NCBI GenBank assembly: GCA_040905425.1
Contig: JBBDRO010000019.1
Coordinates: 1 to 21,446, forward strand
DNA: 21,446 nucleotides
From: Gemmatimonadota bacterium
Lineage (GTDB): Bacteria > Gemmatimonadota > Gemmatimonadetes > Longimicrobiales > RSA9
Direction: 5' to 3'
The notes beneath the pieces were generated by a model. The model made no database searches, had not been told where the DNA came from, and was given only the letters and a program-made list of their open reading frames with translations. Shown piece by piece: positions 17,936 through 21,446 of the stretch. The translations under genes were made by a program, and so were the position numbers. Position 1 is the stretch's first letter, and the number at the start of each line of letters is the position of its first letter.

Positions 17936-19621
17936 ATGCCCCGGCCCCCAAACCTTTTACCGCTCCGCGTCACGCTGCTGGCGCTCCTGTGCGTGCCCGT
18001 CCTGCTCACGGCGGGGGCGCAGCGCAGCTCGCTGACGGAGGCCATGGCCACCATCCGCACCGGCCATCTGCACGCCCGCATGGCGTTCCTGGCGGACGAT
18101 CTCCTTGAGGGTCGGGCGCCCGGCACACGGGGCGGTGCGTTGGCCTCGCGCTACATTGCCTCCGAGATGCAACGTATCGGCCTGCGGCCGGCCGCTCCGG
18201 GCTACCTCCAGCCCGTGACGCTCGTGGGCACCCGGCTGGACACCACCCGCGCCTTCCTGCGCGCGGGCGCGCGGCGCACCCCCGGGTCCGTGCGCTTCGA
18301 GCTGGGCCAGGAGGCGGTGATCTGGCGCGGCGGCGAGGCCACCCCCACCACCGTCGAGGCGCCGCTGGTTTTCGTAGGTTACGGCGTGCATGCCCCGGAG
18401 TACGCATGGGATGACTTCGAGGATTACGACGTGCGCGGCAAGGTCCTGCTGGCCCTGGTCAACGATCCGCCCGCCCCACCCGCCGAACCGGACCGCTTCG
18501 AGGGGCGCGCGCTGACCTATTATGGGCGCTGGACCTACAAGCTGGAGGAGGCCAGGCGGCGGGGTGCGGTGGGGGTGCTGCTGGTGCACACCCCTGGTGC
18601 GGCGGGCTACGACTGGTCCGTGGTGCGGAACTCCTGGAGCGGCGAGCGCTTCTTCCTGCCGCGGGACACCGCGCTGCCCGCCCCGCTGGCGCTGGAGGGA
18701 TGGCTGAGCGGCCCGGCCGCGCGGCGTCTGCTGCGCGCCGCCGATCTGGATCTGGGCGAGCTATTCGTGCGTGCGGCCCGGCGGGACTTCAGGCCCGTCG
18801 AGACGAGCCTCACCATCCAGGCGGCGCTGCCGGGCAGGCTGCGGCGAGTGCAGAGCGCTAATGTGGCCGGGCTGCTGCCGGGTAGCGATTCCCTGCTGAT
18901 GCGCGAGACCGTGGTGTACATGGCCCACTGGGACCACCTGGGCATCGGCCCGGCGGTAGGCGGGGACTCCATCTACAATGGGGCCTATGACAACGCGAGC
19001 GGCGTGGCACTGCTGCTGGAGCTCGCCGAGGCCTTCGCAGTGCTGGAGCCCGCGCCCGCCCGCTCCATCCTCTTCCTGGCGACCACGGCCGAGGAGGCGG
19101 GGCTGCTCGGCTCGGAGGCCTACCTGCGTGCGCCGCTGCGATCGTTACGGGGTACGGTGGCCGCGCTCAACGTGGATGGCGCCAATCTGTGGGGTGAGAC
19201 GGAGGACCTCATGGTGCTCGGTGGGACGTGGTCCACGCTCGGCGGGAGTGCCGCCGTTCGGGCGCGTGGGCAGGGCCTCCGACTGACCTTCGACCGGGCG
19301 CCCGAACTCGGCCTGGCTTTCCGCTCCGACCACTTCCCCTTCGCGCGTGCCGGTGTACCCGCCCTGGGCCTCGGCCATGGCCTGGAGTATCGCGGCCGAC
19401 CGACCGGGTGGGGAGAGCGCCAGCTCCTGCGCTACGACTCGGCCGCCTACCATCAGCCCGGCGACGAGTACGATCCCGGCTGGGACCTGAGGGGTGCGGT
19501 GCAGCAGGGCCGGCTGGCCTTCCTGCTCGGCTGGGACGTGGCTACCACCGCCGAGCGGCCGGCCTGGGATCCGGATGCACCGTTTCAGCGGCCCCCTGCG
19601 CCGCGACCATCCGGACGCTGA
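17936..19621 (+). CDS. M28-family metallopeptidase with PA domain, secreted
   Basis: Signal-peptide-like N-terminus, LVFVGYGV (PA domain), AHWDHLG, NGAYDNASG, TAEEAGLLGS, RSDHFPF and YHQPGDEY. Confidence 0.9.
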   Translation: MPRPPNLLPLRVTLLALLCVPVLLTAGAQRSSLTEAMATIRTGHLHARMAFLADDLLEGRAPGTRGGALASRYIASEMQRIGLRPAAPGYLQPVTLVGTRLDTTRAFLRAGARRTPGSVRFELGQEAVIWRGGEATPTTVEAPLVFVGYGVHAPEYAWDDFEDYDVRGKVLLALVNDPPAPPAEPDRFEGRALTYYGRWTYKLEEARRRGAVGVLLVHTPGAAGYDWSVVRNSWSGERFFLPRDTALPAPLALEGWLSGPAARRLLRAADLDLGELFVRAARRDFRPVETSLTIQAALPGRLRRVQSANVAGLLPGSDSLLMRETVVYMAHWDHLGIGPAVGGDSIYNGAYDNASGVALLLELAEAFAVLEPAPARSILFLATTAEEAGLLGSEAYLRAPLRSLRGTVAALNVDGANLWGETEDLMVLGGTWSTLGGSAAVRARGQGLRLTFDRAPELGLAFRSDHFPFARAGVPALGLGHGLEYRGRPTGWGERQLLRYDSAAYHQPGDEYDPGWDLRGAVQQGRLAFLLGWDVATTAERPAWDPDAPFQRPPAPRPSGR

Positions 19622-19703
19622 GCGAAACCCGCCACTGTGCGGCCGATGAGCGGTGCGGCGCGAGCATGCCTCCCGGGTGCCGACCTCAGAGTGCCATGGA
19701 ACG

Positions 19704-20462
19704 TCAGAGCCCCGTGGGCAGGTCCAGGAACTCCCAGGGCAGGCCGAATTGCTCCTGGATGTGGCCGGCGAGCGCCCGCACCCCCCAGGTCTCCGTTGCG
19801 TAGTGGCCCCCGTAATAGGCGTTCACGCCGCCCTCCATGGCGTCGAACCAGGTGTGGTGCGAGCCCTCGCCGGTGACGAGCGCGTCGATGCCCAGGGCCG
19901 CGGCCTCCGGCAGCATGCTGCCCGCGCCGCCCGTCACCACCGCCACCGTGGCAATGCGCTCCGACCCACCCGGAATGAGCCGGACCGGACCGCCGAGCAG
20001 GTCGTCGAGCCGGGCCGTGAGCGCCTCGCGCGAGATGTCGAGCCGCCCGCGCACGCCCACCGCCGTGCCCTTGTAGTCACCGAACCCGTCCTCGATCGCC
20101 ACGCCCAGCTCGCGGGCCAGGACCGCATTGTTGCCCACCTGGGGATGGACGTCCAGCGGAAGATGCGCGCTGTAGACGGCCAGGTCACCTTCCAGGAGCG
20201 CCTTCAATCTGCGATAGCGCCGTCCGGTGACGGGCTGATTACCGTCCCAGAAGAGGCCGTGATGCACCAGCAGCAGGTCACACTTCCGCTCCACGGTTCC
20301 CTGGATGGAGCGGGCGCTGGCATCCACGGCAACGGCCAGCCGGCTCACCTGCCCGGCGTTGGCTACCTGGAGGCCGTTCAGGGCGCCGGCGTAGTCCGGT
20401 ATCTCGGCGATTCGCAGATAGGTGTCCAGATAGCTGACAAGCTCATGGAGTTGCATGCTCAT
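19704..20462 (-). CDS. Nif3-like dinuclear metal centre hexameric protein (YbgI/DUF34)
   Basis: NGLQV, LLVHHGLFW, YSAHLPLDVHP..GNN, VTGE and GHYATETWGV. Confidence 0.93.
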   Translation of the reverse strand: MSMQLHELVSYLDTYLRIAEIPDYAGALNGLQVANAGQVSRLAVAVDASARSIQGTVERKCDLLLVHHGLFWDGNQPVTGRRYRRLKALLEGDLAVYSAHLPLDVHPQVGNNAVLARELGVAIEDGFGDYKGTAVGVRGRLDISREALTARLDDLLGGPVRLIPGGSERIATVAVVTGGAGSMLPEAAALGIDALVTGEGSHHTWFDAMEGGVNAYYGGHYATETWGVRALAGHIQEQFGLPWEFLDLPTGL

Positions 20463-20492
20463 GATGTCCTCGCCCCTGCCAGGTGGGCCCGG

Positions 20493-20515
20493 AAATCCGC
20501 TTGGGAAGCGGATTT
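20493..20515. other. Perfect 10-bp stem hairpin next to the DnaA boxes
   Basis: AAATCCGCTT-GGG-AAGCGGATTT; possibly a terminator or a protein-binding site. Confidence 0.5.
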
Positions 20516-20521
20516 TCCGCC

Positions 20522-20629
20522 TGTGGACAACCGGTGCCGTTTATCCACAGGATGATGTGAAAAAGTGGCAGCCATTTTGTAAATGCGTACGCTGCAATGG
20601 CTTAGCGGAATTTCCAGGATTGTGGAAAA
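20522..20629. promoter_or_regulatory. Cluster of four DnaA boxes in an AT-richer intergenic region
   Basis: TGTGGACAA at 20522-20530 (1 mismatch), TTATCCACA at 20541-20549 (perfect), and TGTGAAAAA at 20556-20564 and TGTGGAAAA at 20621-20629 (both fit TTWTNCACA on the minus strand). Confidence 0.75.
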
Positions 20630-20636
20630 ATCGGGC

Positions 20637-21131
20637 CTACGCGCTGGGCCCGGGCGCTTCGCCGCCCTGGTCGGAGGATTCTCCGCTCGGGGAAGGCGCA
20701 GGGAATGAGCGGTCGCCGGCCGGCGTTCCGCCGCCCTGGGCCACCGCTTCACCCACGCGCACGTCACCGTTGATCACGCCGCCTTCATCCAGCTTGATGC
20801 GGCGCGCCCGGATCTCACCCTCGATCACACAGGTGGCCTGCAGCTCGAGGCGGCTTTCCGCCACCACTGTGCCTGTCACCTTGCCGCCGATGATGGCATC
20901 CTGGGTGATGATGTCCCCCCGGATCACACCTTCCTTGCCGAGCACCACCGCCTTGCCCGCCCGCACCGTGCCCGCGACCGAGCCCTCGATGCGCAGCGTG
21001 CCCTCGGTCTCACAGTCGCCGGTCACGCGCATGCCGGGTCCGATGATGGAAACCACGCCGTCGCGGCCGGTGGTGCTGTCATCATTCTTTGCCATTTCAT
21101 TCCTCGGTGAGGTGCGGCCGAAAATTGCCAT
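20637..21131 (-). CDS. Bactofilin (polymer-forming cytoskeletal protein)
   Basis: SIIGPGMRVTGD...LRIEGSVAGTV...IIGGKVTGTV...LDEGGVINGDV beta-helix repeats. Confidence 0.92.
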   Translation of the reverse strand: MAIFGRTSPRNEMAKNDDSTTGRDGVVSIIGPGMRVTGDCETEGTLRIEGSVAGTVRAGKAVVLGKEGVIRGDIITQDAIIGGKVTGTVVAESRLELQATCVIEGEIRARRIKLDEGGVINGDVRVGEAVAQGGGTPAGDRSFPAPSPSGESSDQGGEAPGPSA

Positions 21132-21138
21132 CGGGCAC

Positions 21139-21446
21139 TCAGGGTTGCCGAACGTAAGTAAGCGGATCGACCGCCATGCCGTCCAGCCGGACCTCGAAAT
21201 GGAGGTGCGGCGCGGTGGATCGTCCGGTGGAGCCGCTGAACGCGATCAGGCGCCCGCGGCGTACGGTATCACCCACGCTCACGAAGAGCCGGGACGCGTG
21301 GCCATAGATCGTCTCCAAACCCCGGCCGTGGTTGATCGTCACATGCAAACCATACACGGAGTCCTCACCCGCCACCTGGACCACGCCGGGCCCCGCGGCC
21401 CGCACGTGCGTATTCCTGGGTACGGCAATGTCGAGGCCGGGATGAT
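21139..21446 (-). CDS. M23-family peptidoglycan metallopeptidase, 5'-partial
   Basis: HPGLDIAV (HxxxD) at the window edge, YGH and STGRSTAPHLHFEV (HxH). It lies upstream of bactofilin, a common pairing. Confidence 0.92.
   Translation of the reverse strand, partial: HPGLDIAVPRNTHVRAAGPGVVQVAGEDSVYGLHVTINHGRGLETIYGHASRLFVSVGDTVRRGRLIAFSGSTGRSTAPHLHFEVRLDGMAVDPLTYVRQP

Overview
High-GC bacterial window; the gene content suggests Gemmatimonadota or a similar group, which is only an impression. The left ~8 kb is an accessory island with a four-gene minus-strand operon: an HTH-fused C5 cytosine methyltransferase with a large insertion, an McrB GTPase lacking its N-terminal recognition domain, an McrC nuclease, and an EndoIII/Nth-family HhH-GPD [4Fe-4S] glycosylase. 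This is a candidate novel restriction-modification/defence system. The operon is bracketed by two pieces of an IS91/ISCR-family rolling-circle element in permuted order (3' end plus oriIS on one side, 5' half on the other). Outside those pieces lie two diverged copies of the 3' end of a MutS-family ATPase gene. The right ~13 kb is mostly core-like: MutS-like ATPase, TIGR01777 SDR, deoxyhypusine-synthase-like SpeY, LOG protein, a zinc-ribbon/TPR membrane protein, a PD40/tricorn-C1/GGT fusion, M28 peptidase, Nif3, bactofilin and a partial M23 peptidase. It is interrupted by an HTH-MNT/HEPN toxin-antitoxin cassette, a ~160-bp MITE and a DnaA-box cluster. All family calls come from motif recognition by eye; no database searches were run.
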